Sequence record: CM075947.1
Strand: one strand, 5' to 3'
DNA: 32,000 nt
Shown: positions 10,060-26,485 of the stretch, piece by piece
Layout: every line of letters begins with the position of its first letter
Numbering within the stretch: the stretch's first letter is position 1
Made by a program: the position numbers and the translations under genes
Notes under the pieces: model-generated
What the model was told of the DNA's origin: nothing
What the model saw: only the letters and a program-made list of their open reading frames with translations
Database searches by the model: none

Positions 10060-10401
10060 TTAGGTAGAATGTATTAGTGTGGAAAATGCATCTTGATCAA
10101 ATAAAGCTATTTGTGACAATACTTTTCGATTAATTTCTACATTCTTTAATTTTAGTTCGTGTATCAACTGACTATATGTTAATCCTTGTTCTCTTGCCGC
10201 TGCGTTTATACGTGTAATCCATAATTTACGAAATTCTCTTTTTTTACGCTTTCGATCTCGATAAGCATATTTTAAAGACCTCATATTTCTTTGATTAGCC
10301 GTACGAAATAGGGTTGAATTCGCGCCGCGAAAACCTTTGTTTATTTGAAGTATCTTGTTGCGTCGTTTTCTAGCAACGTTGCCTCTTTTTACTCGAGTCA
10401 T
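10060..10401 (-). CDS. rpl20: 50S ribosomal protein L20
   Basis: The canonical N-terminus [18 protein letters not shown] begins at the ATG at 10401. The track ORF extends 13 codons further, to 10440. Conserved segment: [24 protein letters not shown]. Confidence 0.95.
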   Translation of the reverse strand: MTRVKRGNVARKRRNKILQINKGFRGANSTLFRTANQRNMRSLKYAYRDRKRKKREFRKLWITRINAAAREQGLTYSQLIHELKLKNVEINRKVLSQIALFDQDAFSTLIHST

Positions 10402-10477
10402 TTTTTTGTGTGGCTTTATCACTTTTAAAAAGGTTACCAATAAGTGTACACTATTAAAACTTTTAAGAGCAAGTAAA

Positions 10478-10507
10478 TTGACAGAAGCTTACTTGAAATG
10501 TCAATAT
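10478..10507 (+). promoter_or_regulatory. candidate sigma70-type (PEP) promoter for trnD
   Basis: TTGACA (10478-10483), an 18-nt spacer ending in TG-T, then CAATAT (10502-10507), about 10 nt before trnD. Motif match only. Confidence 0.35.
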
Positions 10508-10516
10508 TATTGTGTT

Positions 10517-10590
10517 GGGACTGTAGTTCAACTGGTCAGAGCACCGCCCTGTCACGGCGGAAGTTGCGGGTTCGAATCCCGTCAGTCCCG
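10517..10590 (+). tRNA. trnD: tRNA-Asp(GUC)
   Basis: GGGACTG-TA-GTTC-AACTGGTC-AGAGC-A-CCGCC-CTGTCAC-GGCGG-AAGTT-GCGGG-TTCGAAT-CCCGT-CAGTCCC-G. Confidence 0.93.
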
Positions 10591-10641
10591 TAAAATTCTG
10601 TAGTACTAACTCCCTTCTTGTCCATAAAGCACTAAAAGTCG

Positions 10642-10650
10642 TGTCATAAT
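10642..10650 (+). promoter_or_regulatory. candidate extended -10 element upstream of psaA-psaB
   Basis: TG-T-CATAAT at 10642-10650, 96 nt upstream of the psaA ATG. There is no well-spaced -35 (TTGTCC at 10618-10623 is 21 nt away). Motif match only. Confidence 0.35.
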
Positions 10651-10745
10651 AATTCATAGGAAAGCTTTACTTATGAAACTTTTGTACCCGTCTTTCAGAC
10701 GCTTTTAGTAAAGTATTTCGATCATTAAAAAAGAGGAGAATCTCG

Positions 10746-15208
<4,463 letters not shown>

Positions 15209-15211
15209 ACA

Positions 15212-15235
15212 TAAACCCCCTTTTCAGGGGGTTTA
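15212..15235 (+). terminator. 3' stem-loop after psaB (C5/G5 stem)
   Basis: taaaccccc (15212-15220) / ttttca / gggggttta (15227-15235), 4 nt after the stop. Confidence 0.65.
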
Positions 15236-15254
15236 AATATAGATTACAAGAGTT

Positions 15255-15281
15255 AGCTAGATAAGTTGATTAAATCTAGCT
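15255..15281 (-). terminator. 3' stem-loop after rps7 (8-bp stem)
   Basis: agctagat (15255-15262) / 11-nt loop / atctagct (15274-15281), just downstream of the rps7 stop on the minus strand. Confidence 0.45.
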
Positions 15282-15288
15282 GCACTAT

Positions 15289-15759
15289 CTATAATCTATA
15301 GTGTGCAAATGCCTTATTTGCTTCTGCCATTCGATGAGTCTCATCACGTTTTCGGATCGCATTACCTAAATGATTTGAAGCGTCAATCAATTCTTGAGTA
15401 AGTTTTGACTGAATATCTCGACCAGATCGGTTTCGTGAAGACTGCAATAACCAACGAATTGCTAGCGCTGTACCACGCTCTGGTTGTACTTCAATCGGAA
15501 CTTGATACGTAGAACCACCTACGCGTCTTGCTTTGACTTCTACTAGAGGAGTAACGTTACGTATTGCTTGTTCAAGAATTTGAATGGCATCTTGCCCGGT
15601 ATTATCCTCAATTTTTTGTAATGTTTGATAAAGTGTACGATAAGCAAGTGCTTTTTTACCGTTTTTTAACAGATGATTAACAATCATATGTAAAAGACGA
15701 CTTCGATAAACTGGATCTGGGGTATGAATTCTTTTAATCGCTCGTGTTCGGCGGGACAT
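15289..15759 (-). CDS. rps7: 30S ribosomal protein S7
   Basis: 156 aa, [10 protein letters not shown]..., [33 protein letters not shown]. Confidence 0.97.
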   Translation of the reverse strand: MSRRTRAIKRIHTPDPVYRSRLLHMIVNHLLKNGKKALAYRTLYQTLQKIEDNTGQDAIQILEQAIRNVTPLVEVKARRVGGSTYQVPIEVQPERGTALAIRWLLQSSRNRSGRDIQSKLTQELIDASNHLGNAIRKRDETHRMAEANKAFAHYRL

Positions 15760-15789
15760 TATTTCTCCTTAAAAATATAAAAGCTAAAT

Positions 15790-16164
15790 TTATTTAGACG
15801 GTTTTTTTACACCGTATTTGGATCTACCTTGTGTTCGAACTTTAACTCCTGAAGTATCTAAGGTTCCGCGAACTATATGGTAACGAACTCCTGGTAAATC
15901 TTTAACACGACCACCACGAATTAAAACTACGGAATGTTCTTGTAAATTATGACCAATTCCAGGAATGTATGCTGTAACTTCTACACCAGAAGTTAATCGA
16001 ACACGTGCTACTTTACGCAATGCGGAATTTGGTTTTTTAGGGGTTGTCGTATAAACTCTTGTACATACACCACGCCTTTGTGGGCAGGATTGTAGTGCAG
16101 CTGACTTTGTTTTTTTTCCAATTTTTAGTCGCTGTTTACGTACCAATTGTTGTATAGTTGGCAT
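15790..16164 (-). CDS. rps12: 30S ribosomal protein S12 (uninterrupted, not trans-spliced)
   Basis: 124 aa, [12 protein letters not shown]..., [57 protein letters not shown]. It lies directly upstream of rps7. Confidence 0.98.
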   Translation of the reverse strand: MPTIQQLVRKQRLKIGKKTKSAALQSCPQRRGVCTRVYTTTPKKPNSALRKVARVRLTSGVEVTAYIPGIGHNLQEHSVVLIRGGRVKDLPGVRYHIVRGTLDTSGVKVRTQGRSKYGVKKPSK

Positions 16165-16195
16165 ATTTTTTTACAGTACGCTTTCTCTGTAGAGT

Positions 16196-16226
16196 AAAAT
16201 AACACATTTTACTTTATTCTTGTCAA
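16196..16226 (-). promoter_or_regulatory. weak candidate sigma70-type promoter for rps12-rps7
   Basis: Minus strand: TTGACA (16226-16221), then 16 nt, then TG-T-TATTTT (16204-16196). The -35/-10 spacing of 19 nt is long, so this is low confidence. Confidence 0.25.
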
Positions 16227-16284
16227 CCTAATCTTTTTGGTTGTTGCCAGAATTAGTAGTTTTTTGGTAATCTATTTATTGAAA

Positions 16285-16357
<73 letters not shown>

Positions 16358-16380
16358 AAAACTTACTTTGTGAACTATTT

Positions 16381-17010
16381 ATGGTTTTTTATAAAGGTAT
16401 TGCTGTATCCGGCGGAAAAGACTCGTATACTATGGCTTGGTTTTTCTGCTTATTTCAAAAACAAGCAGGCTGGGTCCATGTTAATCACAACTGGTCTGTA
16501 GAATCGTTAAATAATGCTTTTCTATTACATTCATTTGCTACCGGAATTAAACAAAAAATTTGTATTTTAGTAATTAAACGCCAAAAAACAGAAACAAAAA
16601 GTCGAGAACTACGTTATCTTTCTTGGCTACACATTGCTAACAGTGAAAATTATACATCTATAGAGACAGCTCATCATGCTAATGATTCTATTGAATCTAT
16701 AATCCATTTTTTTTTACGAGGTAGTTTAAGTACAGGTATCCACTCAAAATTGCTTATTTTGTCAACTAATTTCTCAAACGTTAAAGTTGTTTTAAATCGT
16801 CCAATTTTACATTGGACAAAAGAGCAAATTAAAGCTTTGCATTGGAGTTGGGAAATTCCTTGTATAAAAGATTTAACAAACGACATGATTTACATCAGAA
16901 GGAATCGTATTCGAACCCAATTAATACCCTTTTTGACTTTTTTTTATAACCCTTTTTTAAAAAAATCTTTATGGAATCTTACAAAAAGACAAAAAAAACA
17001 AAAGATTTGA
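16381..17010 (+). CDS. tilS: tRNA(Ile)-lysidine synthase, N-terminal PP-loop domain only (ycf62-type)
   Basis: This is the first ATG after trnF. The track ORF from 16237 runs through the tRNA. Features: PP-loop SGGKDS at 16408-16425 (GIAVSGGKDS), ETAHHANDSIESIIHFFLRGS, and DLTNDMIYIRRNRIRTQLIP. These match the TilS catalytic-domain signatures. The gene is 209 codons. Confidence 0.8.
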   Translation: MVFYKGIAVSGGKDSYTMAWFFCLFQKQAGWVHVNHNWSVESLNNAFLLHSFATGIKQKICILVIKRQKTETKSRELRYLSWLHIANSENYTSIETAHHANDSIESIIHFFLRGSLSTGIHSKLLILSTNFSNVKVVLNRPILHWTKEQIKALHWSWEIPCIKDLTNDMIYIRRNRIRTQLIPFLTFFYNPFLKKSLWNLTKRQKKQKI

Positions 17011-17011
17011 A

Positions 17012-17041
17012 TTGACAGTAAACGTATACTTCGCACATAAT
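17012..17041 (+). promoter_or_regulatory. candidate psbA promoter (-35 TTGACA / -10 CATAAT)
   Basis: TTGACA (17012-17017), an 18-nt spacer containing TATACT, then CATAAT (17036-17041). This resembles the classic plastid psbA PEP promoter layout and would give a leader of about 50 nt to ATG 17097. Confidence 0.5.
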
Positions 17042-17045
17042 ATAA

Positions 17046-18158
<1,113 letters not shown>

Positions 18159-18186
18159 TTTTTTACTGAACTAATAAAAGCTGAGT

Positions 18187-18205
18187 GCCCCCTTTTTTAG
18201 GGGGC
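18187..18205 (+). terminator. 3' stem-loop after psbA (C5/G5 stem)
   Basis: gccccc (18187-18192) / tttttta / gggggc (18200-18205). Confidence 0.55.
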
Positions 18206-18326
18206 CTTAAATGCTTTTTGTCAGTCAAATTAAACTATTTTTAATATAAACTATGTTAGTTTAAAGTTTGTTTTAAAAGTAGTTTAAAAGTGTATACTGA
18301 GTTAATAAAAGAAATGAGGAATTTTT

Positions 18327-18914
18327 ATGCCTATAGGTGTTCCTAAAGTTGCTTACCGTTTACCAGGTGAACCAACACCACAATGGGTCGATATCTATAA
18401 TCGGCTGTATAGAGAACGTGTGTTATTTGTTGGTCAGGATTTAGATGATGAGTTGTCGAATCAACTTGTTGGAATTATGTTATATCTTAACGCCGAAGAT
18501 GAAACAAAAGGATTATTTTTGTATATCAATTCACCAGGAGGTTCTGTAACTTCTGGAATTGCTGTATATGATACTATGCACCATGTACAAGCTTCTGTAA
18601 CAACAATTTGTGTTGGAATAGCAGCTTCTATGGCATCGTTCGTTTTAGCAGGTGGGGACATTGGAAAGCGTATCGCTTTACCCCATTCTCGTATTATGAT
18701 TCATCAACCAGAAGGAGGAACAAGAGGTCAAGCTTCCGAGGTTTTATATGAAGCTCAAGAAGTTCTAAGAATTCGTCGACAAGTTGGACAGATTTATGCT
18801 GAGCGAACTGGGCAGAGTTTAAGTGTAATTGCAAGAGACATGGATCGAGACCGATTTTTATCTGCAAAAGAAGCTAAGGATTATGGTATTGTCGATCAAG
18901 TAGCATTAGATTGA
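18327..18914 (+). CDS. clpP: ATP-dependent Clp protease proteolytic subunit (no introns)
   Basis: 195 aa. The Ser-His-Asp triad contexts are present: [35 protein letters not shown] lies upstream. Confidence 0.97.
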   Translation: MPIGVPKVAYRLPGEPTPQWVDIYNRLYRERVLFVGQDLDDELSNQLVGIMLYLNAEDETKGLFLYINSPGGSVTSGIAVYDTMHHVQASVTTICVGIAASMASFVLAGGDIGKRIALPHSRIMIHQPEGGTRGQASEVLYEAQEVLRIRRQVGQIYAERTGQSLSVIARDMDRDRFLSAKEAKDYGIVDQVALD

Positions 18915-19037
18915 CGTTTTAGAAGGAAAAATATAAAATATCATATAAGCTCACTGGTCTTTTTGAGTGTTAACTATGTCAGAACGGAAACGTAGCATCA
19001 TTACTCATTCAAAAAGTAGCCGTGAGCCGAAACTAAA

Positions 19038-19108
19038 AGGCGGCACCCAGATTCGAACTGGGGGTAAAGGATTTGCAATCCTCTGCCTTACCACTTGGCC
19101 ATGCCGCC
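19038..19108 (-). tRNA. trnC: tRNA-Cys(GCA)
   Basis: The reverse complement reads GGCGGCA-TG-GCC-AAGTGGTAA-GGC-A-GAGGA-TTGCAAA-TCCTT-TACC-CCCAG-TTCGAAT-CTGGG-TGCCGCC-T. Confidence 0.93.
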
Positions 19109-19132
19109 ATAAACAATACTTAATATTAAAGC

Positions 19133-19141
19133 TGGTATACT
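19133..19141 (+). promoter_or_regulatory. candidate extended -10 element upstream of rpoB
   Basis: TG-G-TATACT at 19133-19141, 25 nt upstream of the rpoB ATG. There is no convincing -35. Motif match only. Confidence 0.3.
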
Positions 19142-19165
19142 GTATTTGTTACTTAAATTAAATGA

Positions 19166-22030
19166 ATGATGATTCCTCCACTGCCGTGGTTTGTAAAGCT
19201 TCAACTATCAAGTTTTCGTTCTTTTTTACGCCAAGGACTGCTTGAAGAATTGTGCTATTTATATCCAACGTTATCCGCAGACGACATTCGTTGGAAGTGG
19301 CCTAAACGAAGCCCACAAGAATGCGTATTAGAAAATCAGACTTACTGTACATCGTTTTATGTTTGTATTGAAAATCAATGGATCTGGTTAGGTGATTTAC
19401 CGTTAATGACTAGTCGTGGTCACTTTATTTGGAATGGATCAGCAAGAGTGATTGTTCATCAAATCGTTCGTAGCCCAGGTATTTACTTTAAAGAAGTTCG
19501 TGATGCAAAAAATAAACGCACCGTTGTTGGGAACATAATTTGCGCTCGTGGTTCATGGTTACGACTAGAAATGGATAAGCAAGACAGGATTTGGGTAAAA
19601 TGGAATCAAGGAAAAAAGGTTTTGGTTTCAACATTTTTACAAGATTTAGAGCGCTATGACTTAGGATCGATCGGTAGAATTCAATTGAATCGAAAGTTAA
19701 AACTTTCAATTCCAGCTCATGTTCATAATTTACAGCCTGAGGATATTGTAGCAGCAACGGATGCATTAATCAATCTGGCATCAGGCGAGGGTACGTTTGA
19801 CGATATAGACCATCTAAAAAATCGTCGTATTAAAGCTTCTGGCGAACTTTTACAAAATCAATTCAGGATTGGTTGTTTAAGGCTAGAAAGAATGATTCAA
19901 GATCAGGGAAAAATTAATCCAAAAACTATTTCTGGAGCATTACGAGAATTTTTTGGATCAAGCCCTTTAAGTCAATTAATGGACCAGACAAATCCACTAG
20001 CTGAAATAACACATAAACGTCGACTAACTTGTTTAGGACCAGGAGGTTTAAGTAAAGAACGAGCAGGAATGGCAGTGCGTGAAATTCACCCAAGTCATTA
20101 TGGACGAATTTGTCCGATTGAAACACCTGAAGGGCCAAATGCAGGATTAGTTGGTTCATTAGCAAGTTTTGCCATGACAAATCGTTTCGGTAACTTAATA
20201 GCACCCTTTTATAAAATTAAAAATGGGAAAGCTTCGAGTACTCCGCAATTCCTATTGTCCGAAGATGAAGAAAAATCTCGAGTTTCACCAGGTGATGTAG
20301 TATTATTACAAAATCGTATATTGCCGAATGACTTGATTTCGATACGTGTCGAACAAGAATGGAAAAGCGTTCCTTCAATTTTAATTGATTTTATCGGTAT
20401 TGCACCAATGCAAACCATGTCTATTGCCACTGCATTAATACCTTTTGTTGAGCATGATGATGCAAACCGTGCTTTAATGGGGTCAAATATGCAACGTCAA
20501 GCAGTTCCTTTAATCAAACCAGAACCACCAATTGTTGGTACAGGTCTCGAAGCTCAAGTTGGACAATCCAGCACAATTTATGCTCCAAAAAGCGGAAAAG
20601 TTGTGTATGTAAGCGCTGAAAAAATAAGAATTTTATCCGACTCACTTGACGAAATTTTTATGATCAACCTTCAAAGATCCAACCAAGGAACATGGCAAGT
20701 AAATAAACCCACTGTTTTTTCAGGCGAATGGGTTGAGGTTGGTGAATGTATTGCTGATGGACCTTCTACAGTACAAGGAGACTTATCGTTAGGTAAAAAC
20801 ATTTTAGTTGCTTACATGCCTTGGGAAGGATTTAACTTTGAAGATGCAATCTGTGTAAGTGAGAGACTTATTTATCATGATGTTTTTACGTCTGTTCATA
20901 TTGCAAATTATGAAACAAAGCTTCGCCAAACGGAATCTGGATTAGAGAAGATTACAAAAGATTTACCAGGTATTTCTGCTTACTTCATGCGCCACTTAGA
21001 CAATCGCGGAATTGCACGAGTCGGTTCATGGGTTAAAGAAGGTGATATTTTAGTTGGAAAAGTTACGCCTAGAGAAGTTTTAAGCGTGTCACCTCAACAA
21101 AGATTACTCTTAGCTATTTTTCGTAAAGAAGCCCCTTCTAATTTTAAAGAAAGCGCTTTGCGAGTTCCACATGGTGTTCAAGGACGTATTATTCGTGTAA
21201 TTGTTGGATCTACCATTCAAGTTTGGATTGCGCAACAAAGAAAACTCCAAGTTGGGGATAAGTTAGCTGGAAGACATGGCAACAAAGGTATTGTTTCAAA
21301 AATTATGCCTCGTGAGGATATGCCATATTTACCAAATGGTGTTCCAGTTGATATGGTTTTAAACCCATTAGGGGTACCTTCGCGCATGAATGTTGGTCAA
21401 ATTTTTGAATGTCTTTTAGGGTTTGCTGGTGATTTTCTACATGAACGATATCAAATTAACTCTTTCGATGAGCGATATGGTTCAGAAGCATCACGTGGAC
21501 TAGTTTATTCAAAATTATTTGAAGCGAAAAATAAAACAGGTCAACGCTGGATTTTAAATCCAAATTATCCAGGAAAAACGAATTTATTTGATGGTCGGAC
21601 TGGCCATTTAATGGACCAACCGGTAACTGTGGGTAAAGCTTATATCTTAAAGTTGGTTCACTTAGTTGAAGATAAAATGCATGCTCGTTCTACTGGACCT
21701 TATTCATTAGTGACCCAACAACCTTTAGGAGGTCGATCAAAACATGGTGGTCAAAGAGTAGGTGAAATGGAAGTGTGGGCGTTAGAAGGCTTTGGCGCAG
21801 CTTACTGCTTACAAGAATTATTAACGGTGAAATCAGATGATATGAAAGGTAGAAATGAAGTGATGAACGCTATATTAAAGGGATCACCGGTGTCGCATCA
21901 TGGTACACCAGAAGCTTTTAAAGTACTTGTTCGGGAACTTCAGGCGTTATGCTTTGAAATTGGAGTTTATCAAGGAGCCAACCGACCGACTCGAGTTCAC
22001 CCAACCATTGGAATTATGAATATGACATGA
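19166..22030 (+). CDS. rpoB: DNA-directed RNA polymerase beta subunit
   Basis: 954 aa with conserved beta blocks: [94 protein letters not shown]. Confidence 0.97.
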   Translation: MMIPPLPWFVKLQLSSFRSFLRQGLLEELCYLYPTLSADDIRWKWPKRSPQECVLENQTYCTSFYVCIENQWIWLGDLPLMTSRGHFIWNGSARVIVHQIVRSPGIYFKEVRDAKNKRTVVGNIICARGSWLRLEMDKQDRIWVKWNQGKKVLVSTFLQDLERYDLGSIGRIQLNRKLKLSIPAHVHNLQPEDIVAATDALINLASGEGTFDDIDHLKNRRIKASGELLQNQFRIGCLRLERMIQDQGKINPKTISGALREFFGSSPLSQLMDQTNPLAEITHKRRLTCLGPGGLSKERAGMAVREIHPSHYGRICPIETPEGPNAGLVGSLASFAMTNRFGNLIAPFYKIKNGKASSTPQFLLSEDEEKSRVSPGDVVLLQNRILPNDLISIRVEQEWKSVPSILIDFIGIAPMQTMSIATALIPFVEHDDANRALMGSNMQRQAVPLIKPEPPIVGTGLEAQVGQSSTIYAPKSGKVVYVSAEKIRILSDSLDEIFMINLQRSNQGTWQVNKPTVFSGEWVEVGECIADGPSTVQGDLSLGKNILVAYMPWEGFNFEDAICVSERLIYHDVFTSVHIANYETKLRQTESGLEKITKDLPGISAYFMRHLDNRGIARVGSWVKEGDILVGKVTPREVLSVSPQQRLLLAIFRKEAPSNFKESALRVPHGVQGRIIRVIVGSTIQVWIAQQRKLQVGDKLAGRHGNKGIVSKIMPREDMPYLPNGVPVDMVLNPLGVPSRMNVGQIFECLLGFAGDFLHERYQINSFDERYGSEASRGLVYSKLFEAKNKTGQRWILNPNYPGKTNLFDGRTGHLMDQPVTVGKAYILKLVHLVEDKMHARSTGPYSLVTQQPLGGRSKHGGQRVGEMEVWALEGFGAAYCLQELLTVKSDDMKGRNEVMNAILKGSPVSHHGTPEAFKVLVRELQALCFEIGVYQGANRPTRVHPTIGIMNMT

Positions 22031-23616
22031 TGATTGAGTCAATACAAATCAATTTTGCCTCACCGGCAACAATTCGAGAATGGGCAACAAGACAAGTGCC
22101 CGACGGGACTTTGTTTTTAGGTCAAGTAAAAACTTCTGATACCATTAACTACCGAACATTTAAACCAGAAAAAGACGGTTTATTTTGCGAAGAAATTTTT
22201 GGAATAAAACAAGCCCGTCGACATTGGATAGGATGTATATTTTTACAATACCCAGTTACTCATATTTGGTTTCGCAAAGGAAGTTACCTTTCATTATTTT
22301 TAGGGCGACCAAAAAAAGAATTAGAGAGTTTAGCGTATTGTTATGCTTTTCTAGACACAAAAGATGGTTGCAATACGGGTAGTGAAGCGATTCGTTTTTT
22401 AATTCAAAATCGTAATATTTCTCGTGAGTCAGCACGAATTCGTACTGCGTTCAGTAAGTGGGAAAACCGACGAATACGTCGGTTACGCTTACTTCATCAC
22501 TCACTACGAGTTAAGCCAGAATGGATGGTTTTGTCTATATTACCTATACTACCACCGGATTTACGACCTATTGTTCAATTAGATGGCGGACAATTTGCCT
22601 CATCGGATTTAAATGATTTATATCGGCTAGTTATTAATCGAAACAAAAGATGTTTAGATGCAAAACAAGCTATGGCACCTGACCTGATTCGAACAGCAAA
22701 TAAACGATTATTGCAAGATTCGGTTGATGCACTATTAGATACACGGAAGCGAGCTCGTCTTCGCCCATTACGTTCACTCGCAGAAATGTTAAAGGGTAAG
22801 CAGGGAAGATTTCGACAAAACTTATTAGGAAAACGTGTTGACTATTCTGGTCGATCTGTCATTGTTGTAGGTCCACATTTAAAAATTTTTGAATGTGGAT
22901 TACCAAAAGAAATGGCATTAGAATTATTTCAACCTTTTGTAATTCGACAGCTTCTTCAAACTGTTCCAACAATTCGGGCTGCAAAAACATTGATAAATGC
23001 AAAAGACGACTCGGTTTGGAAAATACTAGCAGATGTTATCCATCACCATCCAGTATTGTTAAATAGGGCACCTACATTGCATAGATTAAGTATGCAAGCT
23101 TTTGAACCTAGATTAGTTGACGGAAAAGCAATTTATTTACACCCACTCGTTTGCCCAGCTTTTAATGCCGATTTTGATGGGGATCAAATGGCTGTACATG
23201 TTCCCTTATCTGCTGAATCTCAACAAGAAGCTCGGCAATTGATGCTTGCTTGTGAGAATTTATTATCGCCAGCTACTGGCCAGCCAATAACAGTTCCAAG
23301 TCAAGATATGGTTCTTGGACTGTATTATTTAACCGCTGAAAAGCCTGGTATTCGGGCAAAGTATAATTTACCAATTCTTAATTGGAAACAAGCTTATTTT
23401 CACAATAAATTAGATTTGCATACATGGGTTTGGACTATTCAAGACAAGATGTCTGAAACACCCACAGAAATACGTATTGATTTTAACGGAAAAAAACAAA
23501 TAATAGGTCCTACATCTTTTAAATTATCAGATCAAAATTATAAGATGATTACTGTAGGTCAATTAATTTTTCAAGACATATTAAAAACACTTCAAAATAA
23601 AGATTTTTATGCTTGA
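22027..23616 (+). CDS. rpoC1: DNA-directed RNA polymerase beta-prime subunit (N-terminal part)
   Basis: 529 aa. The ATG overlaps the rpoB TGA (ATGA at 22027-22030). The catalytic NADFDGDQM is at 23164-23190. [18 protein letters not shown] and [19 protein letters not shown] are present. The N-terminal Cys4 zinc-ribbon segment is missing (see findings). Confidence 0.95.
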   Translation: MMIESIQINFASPATIREWATRQVPDGTLFLGQVKTSDTINYRTFKPEKDGLFCEEIFGIKQARRHWIGCIFLQYPVTHIWFRKGSYLSLFLGRPKKELESLAYCYAFLDTKDGCNTGSEAIRFLIQNRNISRESARIRTAFSKWENRRIRRLRLLHHSLRVKPEWMVLSILPILPPDLRPIVQLDGGQFASSDLNDLYRLVINRNKRCLDAKQAMAPDLIRTANKRLLQDSVDALLDTRKRARLRPLRSLAEMLKGKQGRFRQNLLGKRVDYSGRSVIVVGPHLKIFECGLPKEMALELFQPFVIRQLLQTVPTIRAAKTLINAKDDSVWKILADVIHHHPVLLNRAPTLHRLSMQAFEPRLVDGKAIYLHPLVCPAFNADFDGDQMAVHVPLSAESQQEARQLMLACENLLSPATGQPITVPSQDMVLGLYYLTAEKPGIRAKYNLPILNWKQAYFHNKLDLHTWVWTIQDKMSETPTEIRIDFNGKKQIIGPTSFKLSDQNYKMITVGQLIFQDILKTLQNKDFYA

Positions 23617-26485
23617 TAAAGGACGTATTAAGCAACTTGTTAGTTGGATTTTTGTTCAGTATGGACCAGAAAAAACTGTTGAATTCCTTGAACTTTGCAA
23701 GACAACCGGTTTTCATGAAGCAACAATGGCCGGCATATCACTTGGTATTGAGGATCTACGAATCCCTCCTACTAAAGAGAGTTTAATTAAAGAAGCAAAG
23801 CGTCAATCTAACTGGACAGAAAAACAACACCAAAGAGGTACAATTACAGCGGTTGAAAGAACACGAAGTGTTCTAGATATTTGGCATAACACAAGTGAAA
23901 AGCTAAAAGAAGAGGTCATTGAAACTTTTGTATCCATGGATCCTTTTAATCCAGTTTATATGATGGCTTTTTCAGGTGCTCGAGGCAACTTATCACAGGT
24001 ACGACAATTAGTTGGTATGAGAGGGCTTATGTCGGACTCTGAAGGTAAAATCTTAGATTTTCCGATTATAAGTAACTTTCGAGAAGGCCTAACTGTCACT
24101 GAATATATGATTTCATGTTATGGTGCAAGAAAAGGTTTAGTCGATACTGCGTTACGTACTGCCAATTCCGGTTATTTAACGCGTAGACTTATTGATGTTG
24201 CGCAAGATGTAGTCATAAGAGTAATTGATTGTGGTACACCAAAAGGGATTACAGTTAATATTAATCAAATCTGTGGAAGAGTATTAGCGCTAGATTTGCC
24301 AAAACTTGATTCTTCATCACATTTTCTGATTAGTTTATACTATTCGCTTTCAACCCCGAATTTTTTATTTCGCAGTGATAACTTAGCAAATCGAAATGAT
24401 GTAATTACAACAACACTTGCAGCAAGAATTCGCGAAGAAGGTTATAAAGATGTAATCGTTCGTTCTCCACTAACATGTGAAGTTGAAGTTTGCCAAATGT
24501 GTTATGGTTGGAGTTTAGCCAAAGGTGAGTTAGTTCATTTAGGAGAGGCTGTTGGTATTTTAGCTGCTCAATCAATTGGAGAACCTGGGACTCAGTTAAC
24601 GATGCGAACATTTCACACAGGTGGTGTTTTTTCTGGTGAAGCAGGGAACTTAATTCGTGCACCATGGACTGGAAAAATTTTATATCAAATGCCTGGTCTT
24701 GGTTCAGTTATAAGAACGCGATACGGTAGTTTTGGTTTTTTGCTTAAAAATCAAAATCGCGTATTTGTTCAAAGTTCAAATGGACCATTAATTGGTATGA
24801 ATTTACCTGCGCAAACAATACTTCTTGTAAGACACGGAGAGTTTGTACGAAAATACCAACGAATTGCAGAATCCAATATTTCTATACAAGGTGTTCAAGC
24901 AACACATCCTGTATTATCAAGTACCGAAGGTCAAACTTACTTTAGTAACTTAAAGTCAGGGAAGGGTGGTTCGGCAAGGATTGCAAAAAAAGGTGGATCT
25001 TTATGGGTACTTTCGGGTAAAAAAGTTACACCACCTGTTCCGGGAAATCAAATTGGCTTAAAAGCTGATTTGATCCACAAATATATTTCTACACATAGTA
25101 GTATCACTCCTGAAAGTGGCGTATTCTTAAAAGGTAAAATGTATTTTTCATTTGGAATTTATAGTTACTTAAAAGGAAACATTTTAAAATCAAAACGACC
25201 AATCTGGTGGTATTCCCCAAAACGGAAATTAAAGAAATTGAACTTTGTTTCACCTGGGAAAATTATTATTGATGATGTTACTTTTCCCAATACGTTTGTA
25301 TTAGCAAAGTATTTTTCTTCATTAATTGGCTTTATGCAAATTAGTAGAAACACTATCAATTCTTATCTGAATATTGTGTTTCAGTCAAGAAATTTTGTGA
25401 AAAAAGGTAGAATTTATCCAAAAGAATATAAACCTAACTTTTTTTACATTTTTAAAAATCAAATTGGCGCTGGGTATAGTGTTTCTTTATTACCACCAAG
25501 GCAAATGCCTTTTATTGAAACAAATGTTCAGAACAAAATTTACCCAATTAAATGGATATTTCGACATAATCCTGTTAATACAACTTACGCTTCCATAGAT
25601 TTTGGAGGTGAGTTTACTCAAAAAAACTCTATCGTTCAACTAAAAGATCTTCAATCGGTAAAAATTAATTTTCCAAAAATAGGTGAGTTTTTACGAGAAA
25701 ATGGACAAATTATTCAAAAATCAAAAAACTTAGTTATTTTTCGAACTGCTTTCAATTTTTTAATTTCACCGGGAGCAGAAATTCATGTCCACAATGGTGA
25801 ATGGGTGCAAACTGGTCGTAATCTAGTTACACTTGTGTACGAACAACAAAAGACCGAAGATATTGTTCAAGGTTTACCGAAAATTGAAGAATTATTAGAG
25901 GCAAGACATACAAAAGATTTACAACCTATCCCAAATAATATCCATCAACAATTAAACAAGTTTATTCATCTATTTTCACAACGCAATGAGAATATAGCAA
26001 AAGCTAGCTTAACGTCTCTTCAACCTATTCTGGTAAAACGTATTCAAAATGTTTATGCTAACCAGGGCGTTCAAATTTCTGAAAAACATATTGAAATTAT
26101 TGTTCGAAAAATGACGTCGAAAGTAAAAATTACATATGTAGACCCAGCTGGTCGTATTCCTTTTTTACCTGGTGAATTAGTTGAATTAACAACACTCGAA
26201 TCAAAATTATGGGCAAAAAAAGCTGCTGAAGGTAGACTGATTTACGAACCAGCTATTTTAGGAATTACAAAAGCTTCATTGGAAGCTGGTAGTTTTATAT
26301 CTGCTGCCAGTTTCCAAGAAACAACTCGAGTACTTACAAAAGCCGCGATTGAGCAAAAAACTGATTTTTTACAAGGGTTAAAGGAAAATGTGATTCTGGG
26401 TAGATTGATTCCAGCTGGAACCGGAATGTACAATGAAATGAAGAATGATTACTTAAACGAATCCCAATCTGATGAAATCAATTGA
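23609..26485 (+). CDS. rpoC2: DNA-directed RNA polymerase beta-double-prime subunit
   Basis: 958 aa. The ATG is 8 nt inside the rpoC1 3' end. Conserved blocks: [102 protein letters not shown]. The central region is long and poorly conserved, as is usual for plastid and cyanobacterial beta-double-prime. Confidence 0.96.
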   Translation: MLDKGRIKQLVSWIFVQYGPEKTVEFLELCKTTGFHEATMAGISLGIEDLRIPPTKESLIKEAKRQSNWTEKQHQRGTITAVERTRSVLDIWHNTSEKLKEEVIETFVSMDPFNPVYMMAFSGARGNLSQVRQLVGMRGLMSDSEGKILDFPIISNFREGLTVTEYMISCYGARKGLVDTALRTANSGYLTRRLIDVAQDVVIRVIDCGTPKGITVNINQICGRVLALDLPKLDSSSHFLISLYYSLSTPNFLFRSDNLANRNDVITTTLAARIREEGYKDVIVRSPLTCEVEVCQMCYGWSLAKGELVHLGEAVGILAAQSIGEPGTQLTMRTFHTGGVFSGEAGNLIRAPWTGKILYQMPGLGSVIRTRYGSFGFLLKNQNRVFVQSSNGPLIGMNLPAQTILLVRHGEFVRKYQRIAESNISIQGVQATHPVLSSTEGQTYFSNLKSGKGGSARIAKKGGSLWVLSGKKVTPPVPGNQIGLKADLIHKYISTHSSITPESGVFLKGKMYFSFGIYSYLKGNILKSKRPIWWYSPKRKLKKLNFVSPGKIIIDDVTFPNTFVLAKYFSSLIGFMQISRNTINSYLNIVFQSRNFVKKGRIYPKEYKPNFFYIFKNQIGAGYSVSLLPPRQMPFIETNVQNKIYPIKWIFRHNPVNTTYASIDFGGEFTQKNSIVQLKDLQSVKINFPKIGEFLRENGQIIQKSKNLVIFRTAFNFLISPGAEIHVHNGEWVQTGRNLVTLVYEQQKTEDIVQGLPKIEELLEARHTKDLQPIPNNIHQQLNKFIHLFSQRNENIAKASLTSLQPILVKRIQNVYANQGVQISEKHIEIIVRKMTSKVKITYVDPAGRIPFLPGELVELTTLESKLWAKKAAEGRLIYEPAILGITKASLEAGSFISAASFQETTRVLTKAAIEQKTDFLQGLKENVILGRLIPAGTGMYNEMKNDYLNESQSDEIN

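Noticed and set aside
22185-22382. The +2-frame ORF inside rpoC1. I considered it as a possible frameshifted remnant carrying the missing zinc-ribbon cysteines.
   Set aside because: Its translation ([31 protein letters not shown]...) has no C-x-C / C-x2-C pattern and no similarity to beta-prime. The main frame is continuous through the conserved flanking blocks, so the deletion looks genuine.
24290-25700. Long poorly conserved, Lys/Asn/Phe/Ser-rich central part of rpoC2, considered as a possible inserted foreign domain or degenerate mobile element.
   Set aside because: Plastid and cyanobacterial beta-double-prime subunits normally carry a large, fast-evolving lineage-specific insertion at this position (in the trigger-loop region). 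The frame is continuous and flanked by conserved blocks. There are no repeats or endonuclease motifs.
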